50,596 bases of DNA from a virus (lineage: Duplodnaviria > Caudoviricetes): the IMG/VR virus record IMGVR_UViG_3300043499_000126, positions 1 to 50,596 of that record, one strand, 5' to 3'. The translations under genes were made by a program, and so were the position numbers. Below the pieces are notes generated by a model. The model saw only the letters and a list, made by a program, of their open reading frames with translations. It made no database searches and was not told where the DNA came from. Positions 37,312-45,295 of the stretch are shown here, piece by piece. Numbering within the stretch: position 1 is the stretch's first letter; each line of letters opens with the position of its first letter.

Positions 37312-37491
37312 ATGAAAGTAAAGAGTATTCGTATAGAGCTTGATCCAGAGGAGACTGAGAAGAATCACGCTACACTCATCGAGTTTAATAATGGTATGTG
37401 GACTGCAGATGGTCCTATGTATCCTCGAATCATTGGCGCGCTACAGGCAATTCACGACATGCTTCGGGGTCGAAAGGAACCTAAATACTAA
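37312..37491 (+). CDS. Small hypothetical protein (MKVKSIRIELDPEE...), 59 aa, not in the ORF track
   Basis: Fills the gap; TAATG coupling to the next gene. Confidence 0.55.
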   Translation: MKVKSIRIELDPEETEKNHATLIEFNNGMWTADGPMYPRIIGALQAIHDMLRGRKEPKY

Positions 37492-38366
37492 TGCCACAGA
37501 GTCTCGATAGTATGACTATGGGTGACAAACTCATCTGTCTGTTCAAGGGTGATCCGGGAACTGGTAAGACCATCGCGGCTGCTAGTTTCTCGAACGGTGA
37601 GGACGACATCTATTTCTTCGACCTCGACCAGAGGATGCGGCCGTTGTTGTTGCACTACGGACATCCTGAGCTAGCTAAGTTCAAGAATCACATCAAGTTC
37701 GACACCTACTCTGGAGCGACGGCGTGGGCGGACCTGTGCACAAAGCTAGACTCACTCATCTCCTACAATCCCTACGCCGCACTGTGTATGGACTCACTTA
37801 CTGCCTTGTCACGTATGCTCATCTCCTTGATGCTTACCGCAAGAGGAGAAGCTGGGAAGCAGAAGCTAAAGAAAGGCGGCGTCGCGCTCACGCAGATCGA
37901 AGACTACTCAGGCGAGGCAAACGGCATTAACCAAGTCATCGATGCCTTGCGCGTGATCAGTGGTGCAGACCAAGGTGCGGCTAAATGTCACATCATCATG
38001 ACGGCACACGTCATTCAAATCTCCGAGAAGTCTCGTGAAGGTAAGGTATCGCTTAGTCGATTCCTTGTCAACAGTGGCGCAAAGAAAACGGTCGCTGAGA
38101 TTCCTGCCTATTTCGACGAAGCACATCACTTCGATGTCGCTATCGGTTCTACTGGTAAGCCCCAGTACAGATCATTCACTCACAACATCGGGACGGACTG
38201 GGCGAAGACTGCATTGCCCCTTCCTGATGAGATTGACTTCACTGCCTATCCTAAGGTGGACGGTGAGGTGAATCCCAGCTTCCATCACAGGTATGGTCTG
38301 TACTATCCGATCATTCAGGAACACCTGGGTATCTACAAACAACAAACATTGGAGGATTTTGGATGA
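37491..38366 (+). CDS. P-loop ATPase, Sak4/AAA_24-like recombination protein
   Basis: GDPGTGKT, FDLD, MDSLT, IMTAH; lies between the exonuclease and SSB genes. Confidence 0.8.
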   Translation: MPQSLDSMTMGDKLICLFKGDPGTGKTIAAASFSNGEDDIYFFDLDQRMRPLLLHYGHPELAKFKNHIKFDTYSGATAWADLCTKLDSLISYNPYAALCMDSLTALSRMLISLMLTARGEAGKQKLKKGGVALTQIEDYSGEANGINQVIDALRVISGADQGAAKCHIIMTAHVIQISEKSREGKVSLSRFLVNSGAKKTVAEIPAYFDEAHHFDVAIGSTGKPQYRSFTHNIGTDWAKTALPLPDEIDFTAYPKVDGEVNPSFHHRYGLYYPIIQEHLGIYKQQTLEDFG

Positions 38367-38425
38367 CCTGAAACTAACCATCGTCCTGACCTGACCTGTA
38401 ACTGACAATCGAAAGGAACCTGACA

Positions 38426-38806
38426 ATGAAGATGAGATTTACGGCAGACGACCTCCGCGGTGGCATGGTGCTCGACCCCAACTGGTATCCAGCAGTCGTG
38501 AAGTCGCTGGAGGTCAAGCCTGCCAAGACCGACGCCTCGACGAACTGGAACTACAAGTTCGAGATTCTGTCGGGCAAGGGCAAGGATGGCAAGGACTACG
38601 CAGGCACGAACGTCTATCGCCTGTTCAACGAGAAGGCGATGGGCTTTGCGCGTCCCTTCGTCGAGGCCTGTGGCATCCAGTTGAAGGAGAACGACGAGTT
38701 CGAACCCAACAGCGCCATCGGGAAGAAGATGCTCGTGTACGTCAAGAACCGCGAGTACGAGGGTCGTCTGCAGAACGAGGTCGCTGACTTTCGTCCCATC
38801 GGGTAG
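38426..38806 (+). CDS. Single-stranded DNA-binding protein (DUF669-like)
   Basis: WYPAVV...IGKKMLVYVKNREYEGRLQNEVADF; follows the Sak4-like gene. Confidence 0.65.
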   Translation: MKMRFTADDLRGGMVLDPNWYPAVVKSLEVKPAKTDASTNWNYKFEILSGKGKDGKDYAGTNVYRLFNEKAMGFARPFVEACGIQLKENDEFEPNSAIGKKMLVYVKNREYEGRLQNEVADFRPIG

Positions 38807-38812
38807 TTTCAA

Positions 38813-38860
38813 TCCGGGCTGGGGATATACGATTCCTGGCCCGGAGTTCATTCTCTTTTT
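38813..38860 (+). terminator. Stem-loop after the SSB gene
   Basis: TCCGGGC...GCCCGGA stem with a T-rich tail. Confidence 0.45.
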
Positions 38861-38876
38861 ACAACGGGAGTTTACA

Positions 38877-39044
38877 ATGGCAGACGAGCAGACCGAGAAG
38901 AAGTCCACTGACGAGGAACTCAAGGAGATCGAGGAAATCGTCGAGGAGGAAGAAGCCGACGACGAGCAGGACGAGGACGACGACTTCGACGAGGATGAGG
39001 ACGACGAGGACGACGAGGAAGAGGAAGAGAACGTCGTAGAGTAA
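38877..39044 (+). CDS. 55-aa extremely acidic protein (36 Asp/Glu), not in the ORF track
   Basis: GGGAG RBS; MADEQTEKKSTDEELKEIEEIVEEEEADDEQDEDDDFDEDEDDEDDEEEEENVVE. Confidence 0.75.
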   Translation: MADEQTEKKSTDEELKEIEEIVEEEEADDEQDEDDDFDEDEDDEDDEEEEENVVE

Positions 39045-39151
39045 CTCGATGCATCCTAGCCCGCTCATAATAGACTAGGTTGTGTGAATGCTTGAGGCTT
39101 GCGGTAAGCACGTAAAATAACGGAAGCCTCGTTTTCCTTTTCGGAGGTCTC

Positions 39152-40420
39152 ATGAAGCTATTGATAGATAGCATCTTAGTTAAGGAAGAACCTGTTAATG
39201 AGGAAGAGGTTCAGAACTTAGCTGAGTCTTTCAAGGAACAAGGTCAATTACACCCCATAGCTGTTCACCAAATGAACGGCAGCTACTCCCTAATTACAGG
39301 ACGCAAGCGTCTATCGGCCGCACTGATCTGCGGTTGGACAGAAGTCGAAGTTAATGTCCACGAGAACCTATCTGACCAGCAGATAGAAGAGATTGCGCTC
39401 CACGAAAACCTCAAGAGATACAACCTGCCTTGGTTTGAGGAAGTGTTGATGGTCGAGAGACTCCACCTTCTCAAGCAACAGATTCATGGCAAGCCCCCTG
39501 AACAGGGCGGCGGTCATCAGAAGGTCGGATGGTCTGTTCGAGACACTGCTGCTGCACTACAGCAGGCTTTAGGTAAGACCTCCCAAGATTTGCAGTTGGC
39601 TCGTCAGGTTCGTCTTGATCCATCCCTCTCCAAAGTAAAGGACAAAAGAACAGCCCTTAGGCTAGTTCGCATCACCGTCAAACGGATGGATGATGAGGAA
39701 CAGGCAGGTGCGGCCGACTACGGCATCAAGATGAACCAGCTTTTCTGCGGCGATTCGGCCGTCGTATTGAAGCACATCCCTGATAACACCTTCCATGTCT
39801 GTATCACTGATCCGCCTTGGCTCAGATTCTTTGATTCATCTTTGCGACTCGACGAGAGGACGTTGCCCGTTTTTCGGGAGCTGTATCGGGTCATGCGTTA
39901 CGACAGCTTCATCTACATTTTCTGCGGATTTGACGACTATCACTATTACGCTGGGCGAACGGAACCTGATGAGAATAACCCGTCAGACACCAGAAGAATT
40001 CCTGGCGAGCTTGAAAAAATCGGGTTCCGTGTGGCGAAGACTCCTCTCTTCTGGCGGAAGCTCAAAAGCCTGTCACGTAGAGGAGTTACTCCGTGGGAGC
40101 ACGGACGTGATTTCGAACTCATTACTCTCGCTGTTAAGGGGAATCCGGTCCTAGCAGGTGGACAGCAAGAGACTTCTTTCTTTGACTTCGACGCCGTCCC
40201 ACCAGTCAAGCTCATCCATGCTAATGAGAAGCCTCTCGACTTGATGAAGAAGCTGCTCGAAGAATGCAGCCACGAGGGTAATGCAGTCATCGATCCCTTT
40301 GCAGGATCGTTCGTTGTGCCGCACGCCTGCAAAGAGATGAAGCGATACTTCATCGGAGTGGACAGAGATCAAGAAAGCTATTCAAAGGGTTGTAAGAGAC
40401 TAGGAGTCGAGGAATTATGA
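39152..40420 (+). CDS. ParB-like N-terminal domain and HTH fused to an N6-A/N4-C DNA methyltransferase
   Basis: GQLHPIAV...LITGRKRL...ENLKR; HTH WSVRDTAAALQ; ITDPPW, HANEKP, DPFAGS. Confidence 0.85.
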   Translation: MKLLIDSILVKEEPVNEEEVQNLAESFKEQGQLHPIAVHQMNGSYSLITGRKRLSAALICGWTEVEVNVHENLSDQQIEEIALHENLKRYNLPWFEEVLMVERLHLLKQQIHGKPPEQGGGHQKVGWSVRDTAAALQQALGKTSQDLQLARQVRLDPSLSKVKDKRTALRLVRITVKRMDDEEQAGAADYGIKMNQLFCGDSAVVLKHIPDNTFHVCITDPPWLRFFDSSLRLDERTLPVFRELYRVMRYDSFIYIFCGFDDYHYYAGRTEPDENNPSDTRRIPGELEKIGFRVAKTPLFWRKLKSLSRRGVTPWEHGRDFELITLAVKGNPVLAGGQQETSFFDFDAVPPVKLIHANEKPLDLMKKLLEECSHEGNAVIDPFAGSFVVPHACKEMKRYFIGVDRDQESYSKGCKRLGVEEL

Positions 40421-40647
40421 GACTCTGGTGTTGGTTTTGTGGTAAGTCAGTCTCGAATGAGGTGCCTGAGGACACAGTGGTACGTGCGGTAGCTATCTGT
40501 CCTGAGTGCATTGAGGCAGGAAAAATTACATTTTCTGAAGACACAGAGAGAGTTTGGAACGGTGACGCCAAGCCATACATGAGTCACCATGATCGAGGCG
40601 TTCGAGACATGGCTATCTTCTGGAATAGTTACAAGGGGAAGAAGTGA
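40417..40647 (+). CDS. C4 zinc-finger protein
   Basis: CWFCGKS...ICPEC. Confidence 0.6.
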   Translation: MRLWCWFCGKSVSNEVPEDTVVRAVAICPECIEAGKITFSEDTERVWNGDAKPYMSHHDRGVRDMAIFWNSYKGKK

Positions 40648-40994
40648 GACAAGACGTGTTCGTTTACATTTCAGGTCCCATCACTGCAAAGCATGGGTTC
40701 CTAATCGAGGATAACGTCACAACAGGTCTAAAGATGTTCCTCGACCTTATCAACCTTGGAGTGCCTGCCTACTGTCCTCAGATGACAGCTGCATTCCCAT
40801 CCGCATTCAACGTACCGTGGGATGTATGGATTGAGTACGATTACGCAGTCATTTCACGTTGCACACATATGCTTATGCTCCCAAGGTGGCGTGATAGCGT
40901 AGGTGCAATGGCAGAGAGGGTCTATGCCGACGCCCATAACATCCGCGTATGCGAGTCTCTCCGAGAGTTATTGGATGCTATCAATGAGGCGTAA
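40644..40994 (+). CDS. Nucleoside 2-deoxyribosyltransferase-like (DUF4406/DUF1937-type) protein
   Basis: VYISGPIT...CTHMLMLPRWRDSVGAMAE. Confidence 0.65.
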   Translation: MRQDVFVYISGPITAKHGFLIEDNVTTGLKMFLDLINLGVPAYCPQMTAAFPSAFNVPWDVWIEYDYAVISRCTHMLMLPRWRDSVGAMAERVYADAHNIRVCESLRELLDAINEA

Positions 40995-41343
40995 GGTGCG
41001 CGAAAACAAAACATTCTACGATCTCCTCAAGGCGTCGGGCGACCTGCACACACTGAAGGCCAATGAATACTCGGGAGATGCTGACCCTTATGCGAACTTT
41101 AAGTTCGCCGGTCAAATGTCCAAGCTGTTCGTTGATCCTGATGATTCTGGTTTTGTTGGTCGTATTGCAGAGCGCCTGTTTCGTCTGGCCAATCTAGAGA
41201 ACAGCGGTAAAACACCTCAGAACGAACCGATTGAAGATACGGAGCGCGAGTTGTGTATGCTCGTCGTTCTCTGGATGTCAATGCGTAAGGACCGACGTCG
41301 AGGTCAGGTAGCAGCGCAATCAATCAATGACAACGTCACCTAA
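40984..41343 (+). CDS. DUF1599-like (nucleotide-modification-associated) protein
   Basis: KANEYSGDADPYANF...RL.NL...EPIEDT pattern; start placed at ATG 40984. Confidence 0.5.
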   Translation: MRRKVRENKTFYDLLKASGDLHTLKANEYSGDADPYANFKFAGQMSKLFVDPDDSGFVGRIAERLFRLANLENSGKTPQNEPIEDTERELCMLVVLWMSMRKDRRRGQVAAQSINDNVT

Positions 41344-43792
41344 ATACGTCCCAGGTATAGGCCCATTCGGAGCGAAGCTGGCTATTGTCGGTGAAGCTCC
41401 GGGTGCGGCCGAGGACATCTCTGGTCGTCCCTTCGAGGGACCTGCTGGAGATCTGATGAATGGCTTCTTACGAGAGGCAGGGATCAACAGGGCAGACTGC
41501 TACATCACAAACGTCATAAAGTTCAGGCCGCCTGAGAACGACATGAAGCGCCTGAATGAGATAGGTGTGTCACTTGCTCAGTCCACACAGGAACTGTTTG
41601 ATGAGCTACATACTGTTAATCCTAATTGTGTCCTTGCACTGGGCAACACGGCGCTTCAGGCACTAACCAATAAGACAGGCATTAAGGTATATCGTGGCTC
41701 AGTACTCCGTAGTTCAGACTTCAAACTCAAGGTTGTCTCAACCTACCACCCTGCACATTTGTTACGTCAAGCAGGGGGTGAGGTCGCAGACTATGCAGCG
41801 CGCGCCTATGTCAGCCTAGACTATGCCAAAGCTGCACGCGAAAGTCTTACACCTGAGTATCATGTCCCTGACAGATTACTCACGGTGTGCCGCAATAGTC
41901 TAGACCTATTCAGGTTCAAGCGTCAGTACTCAGGGAAGTGGAAGGTAGCGGTAGACATCGAGTCTTATAAGTGCATCCCCGTCTGTGTTTCATTTGCCTT
42001 CTCACGCTACCATGCTATATCAGTTCCTCTGGTTAACATGGTAGATGAGAAGCGACCAGAATGGATACCATATCATGAACTGGTCCAGATGTGGAAATTC
42101 GTATCAGATATTCTTGATGACCCGCGCTACCAACTCATCGGACAGAACTTTAAGTTCGACGATGCAAAGCTTCGCTCACCATGTGGCTTTAGACCAGCGA
42201 CACTGTACGCTGATACTATGCTCATGGCGCACACCCTTTACCCAGAGTTCCCTCTGGGTCTTGCTTTTCTGGCAAGCATTTGGACGGATGAACCGTACTA
42301 CAAAACGGAAGGGAAAGAATTTAATCCGAAGAGAGATACTTATGATCGGCTCTACCTCTATAACGCTAAGGATGCGGCGATTACTTTTGAGGTATTCGAA
42401 GAGCAAGACAAAGAGCTGACCGAGATGGGTCTCTCCGACTTCTACTACAACTATGTCAACAAGTTGCACAACGCATACCGTGATCTCGAACAGGTAGGAC
42501 TGCTACTTGACGTGGCGCGCAACAAAGAGTTGAAGAAGAAGTATCGAGGAGAACTAAAGGAAGTTCAAGAAAGATTGAATGAAGCAGTAGGGAGGCCTGT
42601 TAATGTCGCTTCGCCCAAGCAGATGCATCAACTGTTATATCGTGACATGGATCTGCCACTCCGCAAAGACACATCGGAAGATACGATCATTGCTCTACAG
42701 AACAACGTGTGCAAAGACGAGGGTCAGAAATCTGTCTTATCCGATATCCTTACTATCCGTCGTATCAGAAAGACACTGGGCACATATCTTGAGGCACGAC
42801 CCGATTACGACGGCAGAATGCGGACGAGCTATCGGATCGTTGGTGCTGAAACAGGGCGAACTTCCACTACCCTTCTTAAAGCACCTGTAAGACCACATAA
42901 GATCGGCTTGGCATTTCAGACAATGACCAAGCATGGCGACACTGGTTCAGACCTTCGTAGTCAGTTCATTGCTGACGAAGGTTATGTCTTTGTAGAGATT
43001 GATAGCTCACAAGCTGAGGCTAGAGTAGTTGCTCTGCTCGCCAATGACCTTGAGCTGCTTAAGTTATTTGATACTACTGATGTTCATCGTCTAACCAGTA
43101 GTTGGATCTTTAATTGCTTGCCAGAGAGGGTTACATATGAACTTAGGTTCGTTGGAAAGACCACCCGACACGCAGGAAACTACGGCATGGGAAAAGCAAG
43201 GCTCATGCAAATCATCAACACCGACGCCAAGAAATTTCACATCGACATCCAAGTCAGTGAATGGAAAGCAGGACAGATTCTGGACGCATTCCATAACTTT
43301 TCACCAAAGATCCGTAGTGTTTTCCACACTGAAGTTGTACAAGCCTTGCGGGACAACGACCGTGTCCTTATCAATCCATTTGGACGTCGCAGGCAATTCT
43401 TCGGTAGGTTCGATCACGAGCTTGAGAAAGAAGCGTTCGCTCAGATTCCGCAATCGTGTATTACAGACAATACTAAACGTGCGCTTCTCGACATCAGGGA
43501 CCGAACTTGTGATGATGTTCGAGTCTGGGGGTCGTTCGCTAGCACTACAGGAGTATGTGTTGAAGCACACGATGCGCTCGTTGCGCTAGTGAGAGAGACA
43601 GAGATAGACCAATACCTATCCTATGCTGTGCCCGCTTTTGAGGCACCTATAGATTTCTCGAATTGCACCCTGCCCCGTGGTACAATCACGATTCCATGTG
43701 AGGTTAAAGTTGGACGGAACTATAAGGACTTGAAGGACTATGTCGTGGCTCGACGAGATCATGCACTCCTCAGCGGAAGTGGAGAGCCCTAA
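41327..43792 (+). CDS. polA: Family A DNA polymerase with N-terminal uracil-DNA glycosylase (family 4-like) and 3'-5' exonuclease domains
   Basis: UDG: VGEAPG...GRPFEG, TNVIKFRPPEN, TYHPA; exonuclease: VDIES, QNFKFD, YNAKDA; Pol motifs A (IDSSQAEARV), B (RFVGKTTRHAGNYG), C (AHDAL). Confidence 0.92.
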   Translation: MTTSPKYVPGIGPFGAKLAIVGEAPGAAEDISGRPFEGPAGDLMNGFLREAGINRADCYITNVIKFRPPENDMKRLNEIGVSLAQSTQELFDELHTVNPNCVLALGNTALQALTNKTGIKVYRGSVLRSSDFKLKVVSTYHPAHLLRQAGGEVADYAARAYVSLDYAKAARESLTPEYHVPDRLLTVCRNSLDLFRFKRQYSGKWKVAVDIESYKCIPVCVSFAFSRYHAISVPLVNMVDEKRPEWIPYHELVQMWKFVSDILDDPRYQLIGQNFKFDDAKLRSPCGFRPATLYADTMLMAHTLYPEFPLGLAFLASIWTDEPYYKTEGKEFNPKRDTYDRLYLYNAKDAAITFEVFEEQDKELTEMGLSDFYYNYVNKLHNAYRDLEQVGLLLDVARNKELKKKYRGELKEVQERLNEAVGRPVNVASPKQMHQLLYRDMDLPLRKDTSEDTIIALQNNVCKDEGQKSVLSDILTIRRIRKTLGTYLEARPDYDGRMRTSYRIVGAETGRTSTTLLKAPVRPHKIGLAFQTMTKHGDTGSDLRSQFIADEGYVFVEIDSSQAEARVVALLANDLELLKLFDTTDVHRLTSSWIFNCLPERVTYELRFVGKTTRHAGNYGMGKARLMQIINTDAKKFHIDIQVSEWKAGQILDAFHNFSPKIRSVFHTEVVQALRDNDRVLINPFGRRRQFFGRFDHELEKEAFAQIPQSCITDNTKRALLDIRDRTCDDVRVWGSFASTTGVCVEAHDALVALVRETEIDQYLSYAVPAFEAPIDFSNCTLPRGTITIPCEVKVGRNYKDLKDYVVARRDHALLSGSGEP

Positions 43793-44936
43793 GCAATGGA
43801 TTTGGTGGAGCGCGATCTCAGCAATAGCTGCCGTCAGTGGTAGTAATGTCTTTCTAGACAAACACTACTACAAGCTATCACCGAATCTATTTGTCATGCT
43901 TCTCGGAAAGAGCGGTCTAGGTAAAGGGTGGCCGATATGGTTAGCTAAGGAACTCGTCACTGTAGTTGATACGACACGAGTTATCTCAGGTCGTAACTCC
44001 ATACAGGCTGTAGTGAAAGAGCTAGGGACAATCACAACACGCAACGGCAAGCCAGCCATACCTGACTCGAGAGGGTTCTTGGTATCTGGTGAGTTCGTTA
44101 ACTTCGTGATTCAAGACCCGCACTCACTGAGTATCCTGACTGAGTTGTATGACACTCATTACAACAAGGAATGGAAGAACACTCTAAAGGGTGCGGGCGT
44201 TGACACACTGAAGAATGTTTGTCTGACCATGTTAGGTGCATCCTCACCGCCGCATTTCCGGGAGGTTGTACACGCCAAGGACATCGAAGGTGGATTCCTT
44301 GGTAGGACGTTGATGGTCTATGAAGAAACTCGTGGACATATCAATCCGCTTTTGGAGAGACCTAAGACTCTATTCGATCCTTTACGCACGGCTGAGTATT
44401 TAGTAGAGGTGTCGAAGATCAAGGGTGAGTTCAAGTATACAGAGGGAGCGAAGAAAGTATACTCCGATTGGTATTACGATCTCAGAGCTAAAGACACTCA
44501 AGACAAAACTGGCACAGTGCAGAGAGTCCACAACCATGTGGAAAAGACTGCTATGTGTTTAGCTCTGGCTCGTGATCTCACATTGGAGATTCAACCTCAA
44601 GATATCGATAAGTCTATAGAGGTTTGTACAACACTGCTAACCCATGTCGATAAGGTTATGCAGGGTTCAGGAGGTAAGAGTGAGATAGCTCAAGAGCAGG
44701 CTATGGTCTTGAACGTTCTGATCAAGGCACCTGATCATGAACTGACCAGACAGAAAGTGCTACAGAAACTTTTTGGGGATGTCGATAGCTTTGTGCTTAA
44801 CAGAGTGGTCGAAACCCTAGTCGAGGCCAAAGCAGTAACGTCAGAGACAAAGGGAGGTCACATCTATTACAGATTGACTCCTGGATATCTCAGACAACTA
44901 GACGAGTGGAAGAAGCTGAGAGGGAAAAATGCCTGA
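43740..44936 (+). CDS. DUF3987-like P-loop ATPase (primase/helicase-associated) with C-terminal winged helix
   Basis: LLGKSGLGKG, LTELYD, LTMLGASSP, GGFLGR; follows PolA. Confidence 0.65.
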   Translation: MSWLDEIMHSSAEVESPKQWIWWSAISAIAAVSGSNVFLDKHYYKLSPNLFVMLLGKSGLGKGWPIWLAKELVTVVDTTRVISGRNSIQAVVKELGTITTRNGKPAIPDSRGFLVSGEFVNFVIQDPHSLSILTELYDTHYNKEWKNTLKGAGVDTLKNVCLTMLGASSPPHFREVVHAKDIEGGFLGRTLMVYEETRGHINPLLERPKTLFDPLRTAEYLVEVSKIKGEFKYTEGAKKVYSDWYYDLRAKDTQDKTGTVQRVHNHVEKTAMCLALARDLTLEIQPQDIDKSIEVCTTLLTHVDKVMQGSGGKSEIAQEQAMVLNVLIKAPDHELTRQKVLQKLFGDVDSFVLNRVVETLVEAKAVTSETKGGHIYYRLTPGYLRQLDEWKKLRGKNA

Positions 44937-45147
44937 CGAATTGAGACTGAAGATGGAACAGAGTGAAGAAGACAAGTCTGTCCAAGGCTTGTTGGAAAGG
45001 CTGACCGTAGCTGTTCATCAAGTGAACAGCATGAGGCAGACCATGAGCAATGTGGATGGTCGCGGCCTTTCGATCGCAATCACCCACATCGAGACAGCCT
45101 GTCTCTGGATCAAGGAAGCAACCAAGGTCGAGAGCGATGGAACCTAA
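44929..45147 (+). CDS. Small helical-hairpin protein, Acb2/Tad1-like
   Basis: GRGLSIAITHIETACLWIKEA resembles the C-terminal helix of Acb2/Tad1 sponges (recalled, not searched). Confidence 0.45.
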   Translation: MPDELRLKMEQSEEDKSVQGLLERLTVAVHQVNSMRQTMSNVDGRGLSIAITHIETACLWIKEATKVESDGT

Positions 45148-45295
45148 TCGACCTCCCGAGCAAATGACCTGTCCTGATTGCGACAGTACAGCTTTCTACA
45201 AGGGCGCTCAGGACGGTCATTACATCTATGTGTGCTCCAAGATGCATATGACAAGGATACGAATTCCTAGGGCCGTGGCACCCTCGGAAGGCTAG
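45137..45295 (+). CDS. Small zinc-ribbon protein
   Basis: CPDC...CSKMH; last plus-strand gene, converging on 45267. Confidence 0.5.
   Translation: MEPNRPPEQMTCPDCDSTAFYKGAQDGHYIYVCSKMHMTRIRIPRAVAPSEG

Larger units (their letters stand above)
4119..45031. repeat. Dispersed 23-bp palindrome AGCYGTTCAY-N3-RTGAACRGC, 7 copies
   Basis: Copies start at ~4119, 18051, 28413, 30827, 32750, 39259 and 45009. Confidence 0.85.

Noticed and set aside
38859-39174. Minus-strand ORFs, one hydrophobic (holin-like) and one Arg/Pro-rich
   Set aside because: Both are antisense shadows of the GAG/GAC-rich acidic gene at 38877..39044
4119-45031. Palindrome as a canonical parS or LexA box
   Set aside because: The GTTCAY-N3-RTGAAC spacing matches neither parS (TGTTTCACGTGAAACA) nor the GAAC-N4-GTTC or CTGT-N8-ACAG SOS boxes; kept as an unassigned motif
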